Assembly (NCBI GenBank): GCA_964648855.1
Contig: CAZYLT010000011.1
Coordinates: 2,158 to 66,157 of the forward strand
From: an uncultured archaeon
GTDB lineage: Archaea > Asgardarchaeota > Thorarchaeia > Thorarchaeales > Thorarchaeaceae
DNA: 64,000 nucleotides
Direction: 5' to 3'
The notes beneath the pieces were generated by a model. The model saw only the letters and a list, made by a program, of their open reading frames with translations, had not been told where the DNA came from and ran no database searches. The stretch's first letter is position 1; each line of letters opens with the position of its first letter. Positions 1 to 8,993 of the stretch are shown piece after piece. Made by a program: the position numbers and the translations under genes.

Positions 1-19
1 CCCAAGAAAACCACAAAGA

Positions 20-1108
20 TCACGATACCCTCGCCTGATGCTTCAGCTTCAACATCCTAAACGTTGACTCACATTCAATTACCCTTCGATTCCTTCTACC
101 ACTCTCAAGTGCCATATACGCACCATTGATCCAGTACCCCAATCCTTTTTCTTGAAGCCAATCTCGGGGAAAAATGTACGTGTTATATCGAGTCCGATAT
201 CTTTCCAGAAATGAAATTGCATTTCTAAACCAATCACTCTGAGTTATTATGGGAAGCGGCGAGAGAATCTCTAACCATAGTAATAGTCTTGCACCATCAA
301 GCGTCTTATTTGAGTCCCACCGGCTATTTATGAGCATCGCGAAACAAGGCAGATGTGCGCTCCACCCGCTTACATAATATCTATCGTTGTCTATTACGAG
401 TCCGTAGCCAATCGGTAGTTCTTGATAGTCACTCTGTATGATGGCCTTGCATATGTTGTTGATTTTTCTGACTGCTTTACTGTCATTCAGCAAATCTTGG
501 GACTGAGCAAAGCATACTAAATCATGTATCCAGGGTAGAGGGAATGCGCTTTCACCGTAAAGAACGGGATGAATGAGTTTCCATTTCCTTCCAGCTTCCG
601 GAATCATATATTCTGAGCTATCAACATAGATTTCGTTCCAGTCAGATGAACTCACGAATCGGTCAATCGTTTCTAATCGTGATTTGACTGCTGCTTGAAC
701 TGGAGTGACATCCCCGTATCCTGCATTTGCTAGTGATGCTGCTATAACAGTCCGCATTAATTCCTCATGAAATGAAACAGCTGGACTAGGAATTCTTTCA
801 GAGAGCCACGTCCTATATGAGAGCGTACGGCTATCAAATGGCTGGAGACCCGCCTTTAGTCCAAGTTGCCCTAGTTTGTAGAGTGTATTCTCAATTGACT
901 CAGGATCGCTCGAATGTATGTTTCTGAACTTAGTGCCATTGTTAAGTCGAGGGAGCCACTGCCTCACAATTTGACTGAAAAACAGCTCCTCTATGGCTTG
1001 ACTGACTCTAGCAACATCCTTTGATTCTAACAGTTCCGTGATGGCTCGAAATCTGATGATTGGCCCCGAATTGGATAGCAACCATTCCATGACATCAGAT
1101 CTCGACAT
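20..1108 (-). CDS. hypothetical protein (362 aa), no recognisable motifs
   Basis: Long uninterrupted ORF; no family assigned by eye. Confidence 0.3.
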   Translation of the reverse strand: MSRSDVMEWLLSNSGPIIRFRAITELLESKDVARVSQAIEELFFSQIVRQWLPRLNNGTKFRNIHSSDPESIENTLYKLGQLGLKAGLQPFDSRTLSYRTWLSERIPSPAVSFHEELMRTVIAASLANAGYGDVTPVQAAVKSRLETIDRFVSSSDWNEIYVDSSEYMIPEAGRKWKLIHPVLYGESAFPLPWIHDLVCFAQSQDLLNDSKAVRKINNICKAIIQSDYQELPIGYGLVIDNDRYYVSGWSAHLPCFAMLINSRWDSNKTLDGARLLLWLEILSPLPIITQSDWFRNAISFLERYRTRYNTYIFPRDWLQEKGLGYWINGAYMALESGRRNRRVIECESTFRMLKLKHQARVS

Positions 1109-1186
1109 ATGCTCAACCCGCCCGAAAGAATGTCTACGCCCTTTATCTTGCAGGCAGAGTTAAGAATATCGACGTAATATGCTGCC

Positions 1187-1915
1187 ATGACTCAGACAAT
1201 GTCTAGCGAATTGAATCTTTTAGACCTGAAGCGACAGATAATGCATGATATCTATGAGAAAAGAATGCTTCTCACGTCCACCAGGGACTGTGAAGAGGGG
1301 TGGAAGCTTGTTTCAGGGATGTGGAGTCCCTTCTATATTCAATTACGTCTGATTAGCTCCTTTCCCCTAACATTGCGCCGAGTTGGTCGAGCCATGTCGG
1401 TATTCCTTAAGAACAGGGCTCCTGCAGTGACCAAGCTCGTAGGCATTGCTTTTGCAGGCATACCCATTGCTACTGCTGTTTCTCTGGAATCGGACATTCC
1501 AGCTGTCCATACTAGGAAATTAACCGGGATAAAGACATCTGATGAGCTAAAAGAAGCACTTGCAGAATACGGTCAACATAGACTCGTTGAAGGCGTCCTC
1601 GAGGACGGTGATGTATTATGTCTGGTTGACGATCTTGTGACTGGGATGGAGAGTAAGCTAGTGGCTAGAGCCCAAGTCATGGCTGAAGTAGAGAATCGGG
1701 GTCTGACAGATGTGAAATGTGATGACATTGCCGTTGTCATTGACCGCCAGCAGGGTGCAAGAGCCCGTGCTGAAAGTGAGGGAATGAACCTGCATGCCCT
1801 CATCGATTTTGTTGATACTGGATTACCTCTCATAAGAAATGTGATGGATGAAGATGAATTTAGTCTCATAAAGAGGTACCTCGAAGCCCCGAAAGAGTTT
1901 CAGAACAGAAAATAG
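1187..1915 (+). CDS. pyrE: type I phosphoribosyltransferase, orotate phosphoribosyltransferase-like
   Basis: PRPP-binding motif LCLVDDLVTGMES (matches the V-L-V-DD-V-x-T-G-x-T/S PRTase signature); upstream GIAFAGIPIA and RKL..K..E...G..LVEG blocks align with PyrE (GPAYKGIPIA / RKEAKDHG..IEG); N-terminal extension relative to typical archaeal PyrE. Confidence 0.5.
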   Translation: MTQTMSSELNLLDLKRQIMHDIYEKRMLLTSTRDCEEGWKLVSGMWSPFYIQLRLISSFPLTLRRVGRAMSVFLKNRAPAVTKLVGIAFAGIPIATAVSLESDIPAVHTRKLTGIKTSDELKEALAEYGQHRLVEGVLEDGDVLCLVDDLVTGMESKLVARAQVMAEVENRGLTDVKCDDIAVVIDRQQGARARAESEGMNLHALIDFVDTGLPLIRNVMDEDEFSLIKRYLEAPKEFQNRK

Positions 1916-1916
1916 C

Positions 1917-1924
1917 TTTTTTTT
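1917..1924 (+). terminator. T8 run immediately after the stop of the PRTase gene (archaeal oligo-T terminator)
   Basis: tagcTTTTTTTTgcg directly 3' of the TAG at 1913-1915. Confidence 0.35.
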
Positions 1925-1986
1925 GCGTTGAGCTAAAGTACTTATTCAAATCACCTCATTATAACCAAACGGTTTCGGGTGGTTTT

Positions 1987-2442
1987 ATGACAAATAAGCG
2001 GAATTCCTTAGAGAGCGTGCTAAACGAGGCTCTGGTGAAGGAGCTGAATCACTTCCAATTCTACTATGATGGTGTACGGAATCTGGAGCACCCTGCCGTC
2101 AAGAACCTTTTCGCTTACTTAGTTGAGTCTCAAGGGGATGTTGTGGATAGAATCGAATTGATGCTCACTTCAGGAAAACTTGAACCCGTCGCGGATGAAG
2201 ATGTCTTGAAATACCTCGAAGAGGAACCAAATGTGACACCATTCAATCCTGCCCGCGCGGAAGAAGATGAGAGCATTGCTGCAGTCAATGAAGCTCTGGA
2301 GATTGAATATGAATCATACAAGATGTTCAAGGACTTGGCTGAGAGGGTTCCCAAAAAGGGTATCAGACTGATGTTTCTATCATATGCCGGCCTTAAGGGA
2401 CAACGCATTGATTGGATTCGAAATGTGTTTGATGGCCTATAG
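1987..2442 (+). CDS. ferritin-like / four-helix-bundle domain protein (paralogue 1)
   Basis: 151 aa; ExxH-type motif (EALVKELNHFQFY); acidic helical repeats; paralogous to the next gene. Confidence 0.3.
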   Translation: MTNKRNSLESVLNEALVKELNHFQFYYDGVRNLEHPAVKNLFAYLVESQGDVVDRIELMLTSGKLEPVADEDVLKYLEEEPNVTPFNPARAEEDESIAAVNEALEIEYESYKMFKDLAERVPKKGIRLMFLSYAGLKGQRIDWIRNVFDGL

Positions 2443-2506
2443 TCACATACTCTAATGATAATAACCATAGAAAATCCTTTCTAGTACGATTCCATATGAG
2501 TATCGA

Positions 2507-2968
2507 ATGGTTATGAGCAATAGACAGCAAGAAATCAAGACAATGCTCAGATTAGCCCTTACTACTACTGCAAATCACTATCAGTACTATCATAAAGCTG
2601 CTATGGGGGCTGAAACTCCAAAGGTCAAGGCTCTGTTGATGGTGTTGGCAGACGAAGAGGCAGAGCTCATGGACCGAATCCGGGATATGATGGCAACGGG
2701 CATTACTGAAGAATTAGAGGAACTGTCCAAGACCTATGATCCTGAAGATCTCCCTGATGAAATGCCATTTGACCTTTCACGTGAAGAAACGGACCCGCGA
2801 ATTTATGTGTGTAATCAGGCTCTGAAGAATGAAGTCAAAGGGTATACCTTCTTTTTGTCAATTGCTGCAAGGGCAAAATCCAAAATAGTCAGTCGGCTGT
2901 TCGAGTATTTTGCTTATAGAAAGCTGGGACAGATAAGGAAAATCCGACGTGTATGTGAAACCTTCTAA
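2507..2968 (+). CDS. ferritin-like / four-helix-bundle domain protein (paralogue 2)
   Basis: 153 aa; same architecture as the upstream gene (ANHYQYYHKAA..LADEEAELMDRI). Confidence 0.3.
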   Translation: MVMSNRQQEIKTMLRLALTTTANHYQYYHKAAMGAETPKVKALLMVLADEEAELMDRIRDMMATGITEELEELSKTYDPEDLPDEMPFDLSREETDPRIYVCNQALKNEVKGYTFFLSIAARAKSKIVSRLFEYFAYRKLGQIRKIRRVCETF

Positions 2969-3162
2969 CACAACCATTTTCTGACAGATTTTTTGCAATT
3001 TTTTATTAGAACACGTGGTCCAAGAGGCTTTATATAGATAATAGACTATTAAAATAACAGTATAGATATATTTATATACGATGTATTATATGGTGGTAGT
3101 GGCGTTGGCCAGGAGGCCTGCCAGAGGCTATACCCGCTATCTCCTCCATCGGAAGCGATGGG

Positions 3163-3582
3163 GTGTGTGGGGATGGCAAAAGGAGCAAATCGGTGAAGAA
3201 ATTGATAGACACAAAATGCGCATTCGTTCCGCCAGTATCGCTGGAATGTTACGAAGACTTCGAAGAATTTGCGAAGAGAGCTGCTGTGGTCACTTACAGC
3301 ACAGAATATTTCCAGAGTCCATTCAAGAGTGACAAAAAACGGCTCAGGAGACTGATTCTATCCGCTATTGGCGTCAAATTGGATGAAATCCCCCTGACTT
3401 TTACGTATACGATTGATTATTCGGACTTCGGTGCTTCAGCGAATGATTGGCAAGATCAGACAGAACTGACAAATGATGGAATCTCAGCGATTCTTGATGA
3501 TCTAAAATCAAAGTGCAACCTCATTCGAGGAACAATTGATGGAGGTCCAGCACTGGGCGAGGCTCTCGTTGCCAGACCATGA
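3163..3582 (+). CDS. hypothetical protein
   Basis: ORF follows an AT-rich promoter-like region (tttatata around 3070-3080); no motif recognised. Confidence 0.2.
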   Translation: MCGDGKRSKSVKKLIDTKCAFVPPVSLECYEDFEEFAKRAAVVTYSTEYFQSPFKSDKKRLRRLILSAIGVKLDEIPLTFTYTIDYSDFGASANDWQDQTELTNDGISAILDDLKSKCNLIRGTIDGGPALGEALVARP

Positions 3583-3716
3583 GTTAGGACCAAACCTGTA
3601 ACGAGCTCCTACTCACAAGACAGCTTGCTACATGTCGCTGAACAAATCGATATGCTCCTTTATCTCGATACCAATAATCTAATGAGCCGAAACTTCAGAC
3701 ATAGCTGTGAAGGACA

Positions 3717-4238
3717 TTGACTGAAATCGAACCGGCTGAGCAGATAGTTCCAAAGATTATGGACAAGTATAACGAATCGCCTAGAGGCTGGCGTATTCTA
3801 TCCACCCCAACAGGTGGTATGATCTTTTTAGGACCACAATCAGCTTTTCAACTGAAACTGATATCACTTGGCCCACAGAAATTCACAGGTGCAGGCATGG
3901 AATTGTCCGACAGAGATGACTCTCTTGATCGTCTGGCGAGCTCACCAGAATTTGGTCTTCGACCGCTCATGAAGTCTGATATAGAGGGTCTAGTGGATGC
4001 CATCGGTGATGCTGAGAAAGCAAAACAAAACATTCGTGCTCTCCTTGAGCGAGACCCGTTATCACCCGCTGAAGCAAAAACGAATCGTGCCGAACAATTT
4101 CTTAGTGGTCCAGTGCTAACGCGTCCCGAGCTCTCATCGCTTGGCCCGGCAATAAAGAAAGCAGAACTGACGCTCGACAAAAATGCCCAGGATATCTTTA
4201 GAAAGAAATATCCCATGAGGGCAGGAATGTATATGTGA
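3717..4238 (+). CDS. hypothetical protein
   Basis: 173-aa ORF; no recognisable motif. Confidence 0.25.
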   Translation: MTEIEPAEQIVPKIMDKYNESPRGWRILSTPTGGMIFLGPQSAFQLKLISLGPQKFTGAGMELSDRDDSLDRLASSPEFGLRPLMKSDIEGLVDAIGDAEKAKQNIRALLERDPLSPAEAKTNRAEQFLSGPVLTRPELSSLGPAIKKAELTLDKNAQDIFRKKYPMRAGMYM

Positions 4239-4275
4239 ATTTTCTTGATTGAAACATCTTGAGTGTGCTTGAAAA

Positions 4276-4668
4276 ATGACGATAAGGGAAGTCATAGTGG
4301 CTGACTCTGATGGACGCGCAGTATATTCTCAGCGATTTGGTACGCATCCAACAGATAGGCAATCGATTGCATATAGCAGCTTGGTGAGTGCAGTTCATAG
4401 TTTTGGGAAAATGCTCTCTCCGCACGATGTGAACGAGATTAAACTTGGCGAGATATGTCTACTCATTCATTCAGCCAACGAACTGCTGTTTGCAATCGTG
4501 GTTGACGACAATAGAAGAGAGTCAAATGAAGAGAAGCTGAAAAGTATCGCTGACTTATTCTTGGAGCACTATTATAGAGAAATCTCACCTTCACAACCAG
4601 CTCTAAGTGAGAATTCAGCTAGCGAGTTTACCGGAGTACTCGTGCAGCATAATTATGTTTCAAATTGA
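4276..4668 (+). CDS. small roadblock/LC7- or longin-like protein (tentative)
   Basis: 130 aa; pattern IREVIVADSDGRAVYSQ...ICLLIHSANELLFAIVVDD resembles the alpha-beta-alpha roadblock/MglB fold consensus (xxGAxVVDxDGxxLAS). Confidence 0.3.
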   Translation: MTIREVIVADSDGRAVYSQRFGTHPTDRQSIAYSSLVSAVHSFGKMLSPHDVNEIKLGEICLLIHSANELLFAIVVDDNRRESNEEKLKSIADLFLEHYYREISPSQPALSENSASEFTGVLVQHNYVSN

Positions 4669-4683
4669 GCAAATAAAAAGAAG

Positions 4684-4821
4684 TGGTGGGCCGAGCCGGA
4701 TTTGAACCAGCGAATCGGCACCTGATGGGAAATCCATCAAGCTCCACCGCACATTTGAAGCCCCTTGGGACTCAAGGGAATGTGTCAATGCGGTATCATA
4801 GCCGGGCTAGACTATCGGCCC
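4684..4821 (-). tRNA. intron-containing tRNA, probable tRNA-Val(GAC); 138 nt including encoded CCA
   Basis: Reverse complement gives acceptor GGGCCGA/TCGGCCC, T-arm GCTGG-TTCAAAT-CCGGC, discriminator A and CCA. Best anticodon arm is CCGCA-TTGACA[about 31-nt insert]-TGCGG (anticodon GAC). A further ~30 nt carrying an 8-bp hairpin sits between the anticodon stem and T-arm, implying a second non-canonical intron. Confidence 0.55.
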
Positions 4822-4913
4822 CGTTGGATAGATGAGCCTGTTGAAGCGATTAAAAAGATTGTGACAGCTCCAGTTTTTTACGAGATTATTAGGGGCAATA
4901 CAGACCTTATCTC

Positions 4914-5126
4914 ATGAAGGAAAAGAAGTGGCGTTTGATTGCAGGCAGAGTCTATCGACTCTTGGGGACTTACACAGACAAACATGAGGCAATCAGGAAA
5001 GCACAGGAGATTAGAGAGGATAACTTCATACACCTGACGATTGATAATGATGACACCATAGCAGTGTATTGGAGACCAAAAGACTTGGCAGAGCGCTGCG
5101 AACCTACACAGTATAGGACAATCTGA
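4914..5126 (+). CDS. small hypothetical protein (70 aa)
   Basis: ORF only. Confidence 0.2.
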   Translation: MKEKKWRLIAGRVYRLLGTYTDKHEAIRKAQEIREDNFIHLTIDNDDTIAVYWRPKDLAERCEPTQYRTI

Positions 5127-5160
5127 GTCCTTCATGAAATGACTCACAGGAGGTTATCAT

Positions 5161-5478
5161 ATGAAACAACTGCCCCTATTCCCAGAATCGGATCAAAGCC
5201 AATTGAAAATACGCATAGAACTCCTTGGCAAAACAATCAATAAGGATACTTGCGGTCCCTTTGAACGGTTTCTTGAGTTGAAACCTCTTCCCCAGATTAT
5301 TGATGTGACCGGATGGAGCCGTCATGCCATACTTGCTTTGTTAACGGTCTGCAAGAAGAATGGAAAAATCATAGGACTGCAGTCAGGGACAAATTATCTC
5401 ACTCCCCTCCTTGTATCGAATGGTCCACTCCTCGAACGTCTCATCGATACTATTCTTGAAATGCAGGAAGATTCCTGA
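5161..5478 (+). CDS. hypothetical protein (105 aa)
   Basis: ORF with GGAGG-like sequence upstream (acaggaggttatcatATG). Confidence 0.3.
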   Translation: MKQLPLFPESDQSQLKIRIELLGKTINKDTCGPFERFLELKPLPQIIDVTGWSRHAILALLTVCKKNGKIIGLQSGTNYLTPLLVSNGPLLERLIDTILEMQEDS

Positions 5479-5486
5479 ATCGCCCC

Positions 5487-5942
5487 TTATTTTCCTGAAC
5501 TACCGAAACCGCCTTCGCCTCTCTCAGTATCCGATAACGCATCTACTTCTGCAAAGATGATATCTGGTACCTCTCTTATAGCCAACTGAGCTATCCGCAT
5601 ACCTTGAGTAACAACAAACTCCTCAGATGAGAGATTTATGACGATAACCTTGACTTCGCCTCGATATCCACTATCAATGGTGCCTGGACTGTTGAGAACT
5701 GAAACACCGTCATGAAGAGCTAGACCACTGCGAGGTCTCACCTGCCCTTCGTAACCCGCTGGAATCTCCAATGCAATACCCGTTGGGACTGCACATCTTT
5801 CTTGTGGCTGCAGAACGTGTTCTTCAACAGAATAGAGGTCAAAGGCAACATCCCCATCATTAGCCACATGCGGGACCTGGGCGCGTTCTGAGAGTCGTTT
5901 AACTTTGACAACCAGTCTTCTCTTGGGCTCCCTTTTAGTCAT
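5487..5942 (-). CDS. dut: dUTP diphosphatase / dCTP deaminase family
   Basis: Motifs RSGLALHDGVSV..SPGTIDSGYRGEVKVIV typical of the dUTPase/dCD fold. Confidence 0.8.
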   Translation of the reverse strand: MTKREPKRRLVVKVKRLSERAQVPHVANDGDVAFDLYSVEEHVLQPQERCAVPTGIALEIPAGYEGQVRPRSGLALHDGVSVLNSPGTIDSGYRGEVKVIVINLSSEEFVVTQGMRIAQLAIREVPDIIFAEVDALSDTERGEGGFGSSGK

Positions 5943-6026
5943 TGTAAGAAATCCTCTCTTTTCCTACAGTGTTCGCTGCCTTGACACAAATTATAGCTTT
6001 CTAAAATTCTTGGGCAGAAAGAAGTG

Positions 6027-6123
6027 TGGTGCCGAGGGACGGATTTGAACCATCGACAACGCGGTATCTGCATTCTAAAAGAATCCTTCAGCCGCGCGAT
6101 CTCCCTGGCTGATCTACCTCGGC
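6027..6123 (-). tRNA. tRNA-Phe(GAA) with a ~20-nt canonical (37/38) intron
   Basis: rc: GCCGAGG-TA-GATC-AGCCAGGGA-GATC-G-CGCGG-CTGAAG[GATTCTTTTAGAATGCAGAT]A-CCGCG-TTGTC-GATGG-TTCAAAT-CCGTC-CCTCGGC-A-CCA; resembles archaeal tRNA-Phe. Confidence 0.7.
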
Positions 6124-6179
6124 ACTTGTAAACAGGCGCTTTGTATTGTATGTTGATATAAAGATAGTGGCAAAAGAGC

Positions 6180-6668
6180 TTACTGTAGCTTGTTGACCGC
6201 CTCTTTTACCTCGTCAAAAGGTGGCATGTTGGTAGGATCTTCGCTCCTCCATGTGTAGGTCACCTTTCCATCATTATCAATAACGAACACAGCTCTGTTT
6301 GCGACATTCTTCATTCCGGCGAGGTCTTCCCAGACAACTCCGTATTGTTCAATCACTTCTTTTTGCCAATCCGAGAGAAGTGGAAATTGGAAGTCATTTT
6401 GCTCCTTAAAGGCGGCATGGCTGAAAATCCCATCAACTGATATTGCCAGCACATTTACGCCCATTTTCTTGTATTCTTCCATAGAATCCCTGAATGTCTT
6501 TAGTTCCGTACGACAGGGGGTAGAGAAGTCTGCAGGATAGAATGCCAGTACAACAGGTCCTTCTTTCAGCTTGTCGGATAGGGTGATGCTCTCGCCAGGT
6601 TCGCCAGTCCACTCTCTCAGGAGAGTAAACTCTGGTGCTTTATCGCCAACTTCTACTTGCTTAGTCAT
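6180..6668 (-). CDS. peroxiredoxin (AhpC/TSA, Bcp/PrxQ-like)
   Basis: FYPADFSTPC peroxidatic-Cys motif; thioredoxin-fold length 162 aa. Confidence 0.8.
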   Translation of the reverse strand: MTKQVEVGDKAPEFTLLREWTGEPGESITLSDKLKEGPVVLAFYPADFSTPCRTELKTFRDSMEEYKKMGVNVLAISVDGIFSHAAFKEQNDFQFPLLSDWQKEVIEQYGVVWEDLAGMKNVANRAVFVIDNDGKVTYTWRSEDPTNMPPFDEVKEAVNKLQ

Positions 6669-6740
6669 GGTTACACTTCAACATAGTTAAGGGACACTGG
6701 CCTATTAAGGCTTCATGTGTGTTCACGTGAGATGAAAAAC

Positions 6741-7259
6741 TCAGCGTATCTTGTAATTCATGTAGCTGGCAACAATTGCCGTTAGAATGGCTGCTGCGTT
6801 TACGGCAAGCGGGTAAACCAGGAGAGAGTCAAGGAATGACAGTGTTGCTACAAAGGACGGTAGCGTATTTGACTCAGCAATCCCAAATGGCACGAAGTAA
6901 AACATGAAGAAGATTGCAGTCATCAATCCCACACCAAAGAATGGAGGGCGATCCTGTTTTGACCGGATAAATTCAGACATTCTTGAGATGATTCCATACT
7001 GGGCTCTCTGGCGTCTCCTGACTTTCCTTTTCGATAGAATATAGGCCCATCTGTACATAGCCTCGCCCATAATCACGTAGGCACCTCCGAGGACTGCCAT
7101 TGCACCCAGTGCAACAATCAGCTGAAGTTCTGTACTGAGTACTTTCACATACGTAGCAGCATGCCACATCAAGGGAATTTGAACGAGTCCAGCAATGCCG
7201 AGGAATATTAGGATTAGTCCCGGTTTGCTTCCACGTTTCCACCAAACTGCAAGGCTCAT
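6741..7259 (-). CDS. hypothetical integral membrane protein
   Basis: Several hydrophobic helices; no motif. Confidence 0.35.
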   Translation of the reverse strand: MSLAVWWKRGSKPGLILIFLGIAGLVQIPLMWHAATYVKVLSTELQLIVALGAMAVLGGAYVIMGEAMYRWAYILSKRKVRRRQRAQYGIISRMSEFIRSKQDRPPFFGVGLMTAIFFMFYFVPFGIAESNTLPSFVATLSFLDSLLVYPLAVNAAAILTAIVASYMNYKIR

Positions 7260-7342
7260 CTTTCTCTACCTGCTCAAAGACGATTGGCTCAGAAATTGGG
7301 AACTCTCTTTAACCTTTTGGAACAAGTGAATGTCACCATGTC

Positions 7343-7924
7343 CTATTTTCTGCAGACAAGGTGAAACCAATATTCGTACTCTTCAAAGTATTCTGTTCTC
7401 AGACCTACTCGTTTTGCATATTCTTCAATAATCTCCAAGGATTGTTTTTGCTGCCCTCGAACCCTGTATGTGATCCTACTAGAGTGTGCATCTGGAAACG
7501 CAAAAATAGCATTGAACTCCAATGCGGAAACATTGTCAGGAATCAGGCATCCGAGTATCGACAGCACCCCCTCCTGACTTAGTACTCTATGCACCTCCTG
7601 CATGACCAACCTCTTCGATTTCGCATCCGTGAGGTAGGCCAATGAAAACCACAGTGTGACAGTCGAAAAAGAAGCATCTTTGAAACAGAGATTCCTTCCA
7701 TCAGCTAGAATCCAGTTGGGTTTTGTGGTGTAAATTTGTCCTTCACGAATTTTGACCATATTGATGTCAACAGCGTAGACTCTCTTGCCCTCGATCCTAG
7801 ACACAAGTGCCTCCGAACCTCCTCCTATATCCAGTATCCTTCCCTCTCTTTTCAGTCCATTCAATTCTATTTTCTGAATTGGTGTTTGATACGTGGAATT
7901 TTGCATATCTGTCAATTTTATCAA
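7343..7924 (-). CDS. class I SAM-dependent methyltransferase
   Basis: Motif I ILDIGGGSE followed by an acidic residue after beta2 (AVDIN). Confidence 0.55.
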   Translation of the reverse strand: MIKLTDMQNSTYQTPIQKIELNGLKREGRILDIGGGSEALVSRIEGKRVYAVDINMVKIREGQIYTTKPNWILADGRNLCFKDASFSTVTLWFSLAYLTDAKSKRLVMQEVHRVLSQEGVLSILGCLIPDNVSALEFNAIFAFPDAHSSRITYRVRGQQKQSLEIIEEYAKRVGLRTEYFEEYEYWFHLVCRK

Positions 7925-8034
7925 TATACTGTGGGCTCTTTAGTGTATAGAATCAAAGATGGGAATTGAATTTTGATTCGACAACATATATACGTACATT
8001 AAATAGGGATAATAACCATAGTTAATTGATAACA

Positions 8035-8148
8035 ATGAAAGACACCAAGAAATGGGAATGTAAGGCCTGCGACATGACGTTCTATACCCCCGACGAGTTT
8101 GAACGACATGTTATGGATAAGCACCCCGAGAAAGCAAAATCGAAGTAG
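8035..8148 (+). CDS. small C2H2 zinc-finger protein (37 aa), not in ORF track
   Basis: MKDTKKWECKACDMTFYTPDEFERHVMDKHPEKAKSK: C-x2-C-x12-H-x4-H spacing. Confidence 0.45.
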   Translation: MKDTKKWECKACDMTFYTPDEFERHVMDKHPEKAKSK

Positions 8149-8308
8149 ACATGAGTCAGAAGGGAGGGATGCTGGGCGTCAGTGACCTTCCTTCCTCTCA
8201 TCTTATCTGCTATGCGCATACACACTGTTTCCTAATCCCTTGGTATGACATGACAGATTCCATGCCGTCTTTGGTTGAATATCTCTCTTCCAACAATCCC
8301 AAAAAGGA

Positions 8309-8695
8309 GTGTTTTCTATGAACGAAACTAAACTGGTTTTTGTATACAACGCTGATAGTGGGATATTGAATACTGTAAAAGACTTCTTTCATAGAATAAT
8401 CTCACCTCAAACTTACGAGTGCAATCTTTGTGCAGTAACTTACAGCAATACCGGAATGAGAAGCGAGTGGCGAAGCTTCATAGATGAGCTTGGGTATGAG
8501 GTGGAGATTCTCCACAGAGATGAGTTCAAGCAAAAATACTCTTTTGAGGATGCTGAGTTTCCCTCCGCATTTCTGGCTCAAGGTGGAGCCCTTTCCTATT
8601 TCATTACTGTTGATGAGATGAATAGTGTAGCATCAGTGAATGAACTAACCGACATTGTACATGAGAACGCACTAAAGCTAGATGTTCAAACCTAA
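8309..8695 (+). CDS. hypothetical CxxC-containing protein (possible thioredoxin-like fold)
   Basis: YECNLCAV motif; 128 aa. Confidence 0.25.
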   Translation: MFSMNETKLVFVYNADSGILNTVKDFFHRIISPQTYECNLCAVTYSNTGMRSEWRSFIDELGYEVEILHRDEFKQKYSFEDAEFPSAFLAQGGALSYFITVDEMNSVASVNELTDIVHENALKLDVQT

Positions 8696-8783
8696 GATCT
8701 GGCAACCCAAGCCGGAACTAGCCAAGTTAGTTGCTCCACAATTCTTTTAACTGTGCAAATGTCGAACCAATTTGAACATGACT

Positions 8784-8891
8784 GGGCCGGTAGTTTAGCC
8801 TGGTTCTACAGTCCGTTTACGGCCTGTGGCGGGAAAGAATGCCTCCTTGGCATGGAGGAGGTCTCGTGTTCAAATCACGACCGGTCCACCA
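8784..8891 (+). tRNA. tRNA-Ala(GGC) with a ~30-nt intron 5' of the anticodon stem (D-arm region)
   Basis: Acceptor GGGCCGG/CCGGTCC contains the G3:U70 Ala identity pair; uninterrupted anticodon arm CCTCC-TTGGCAT-GGAGG; variable AGGTC; T-arm TCGTG-TTCAAAT-CACGA; discriminator A, CCA encoded. About 51 nt lie between the acceptor and anticodon stems where 19 are expected. Confidence 0.65.
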
Positions 8892-8993
8892 CTCACTCTT
8901 CTTTCCAAGATATAACTCGTTCTCCAGAAGGCAATCCCTCACTTAAGGATTAGCAGAATCGAAAATCTGTTGATATTCAATTTACAGAGTTTG

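Noticed and set aside
3081-3332. 83-aa ORF overlapping the start of the 3163..3582 ORF
   Set aside because: It is an Arg-rich frame overlapping another ORF and has no motif; it is probably a frame artefact in a GC-rich stretch.
8753-8953. 66-aa ORF in the six-frame track
   Set aside because: It lies entirely over the plus-strand tRNA-Ala gene (8784..8891); the tRNA fold is far better supported.
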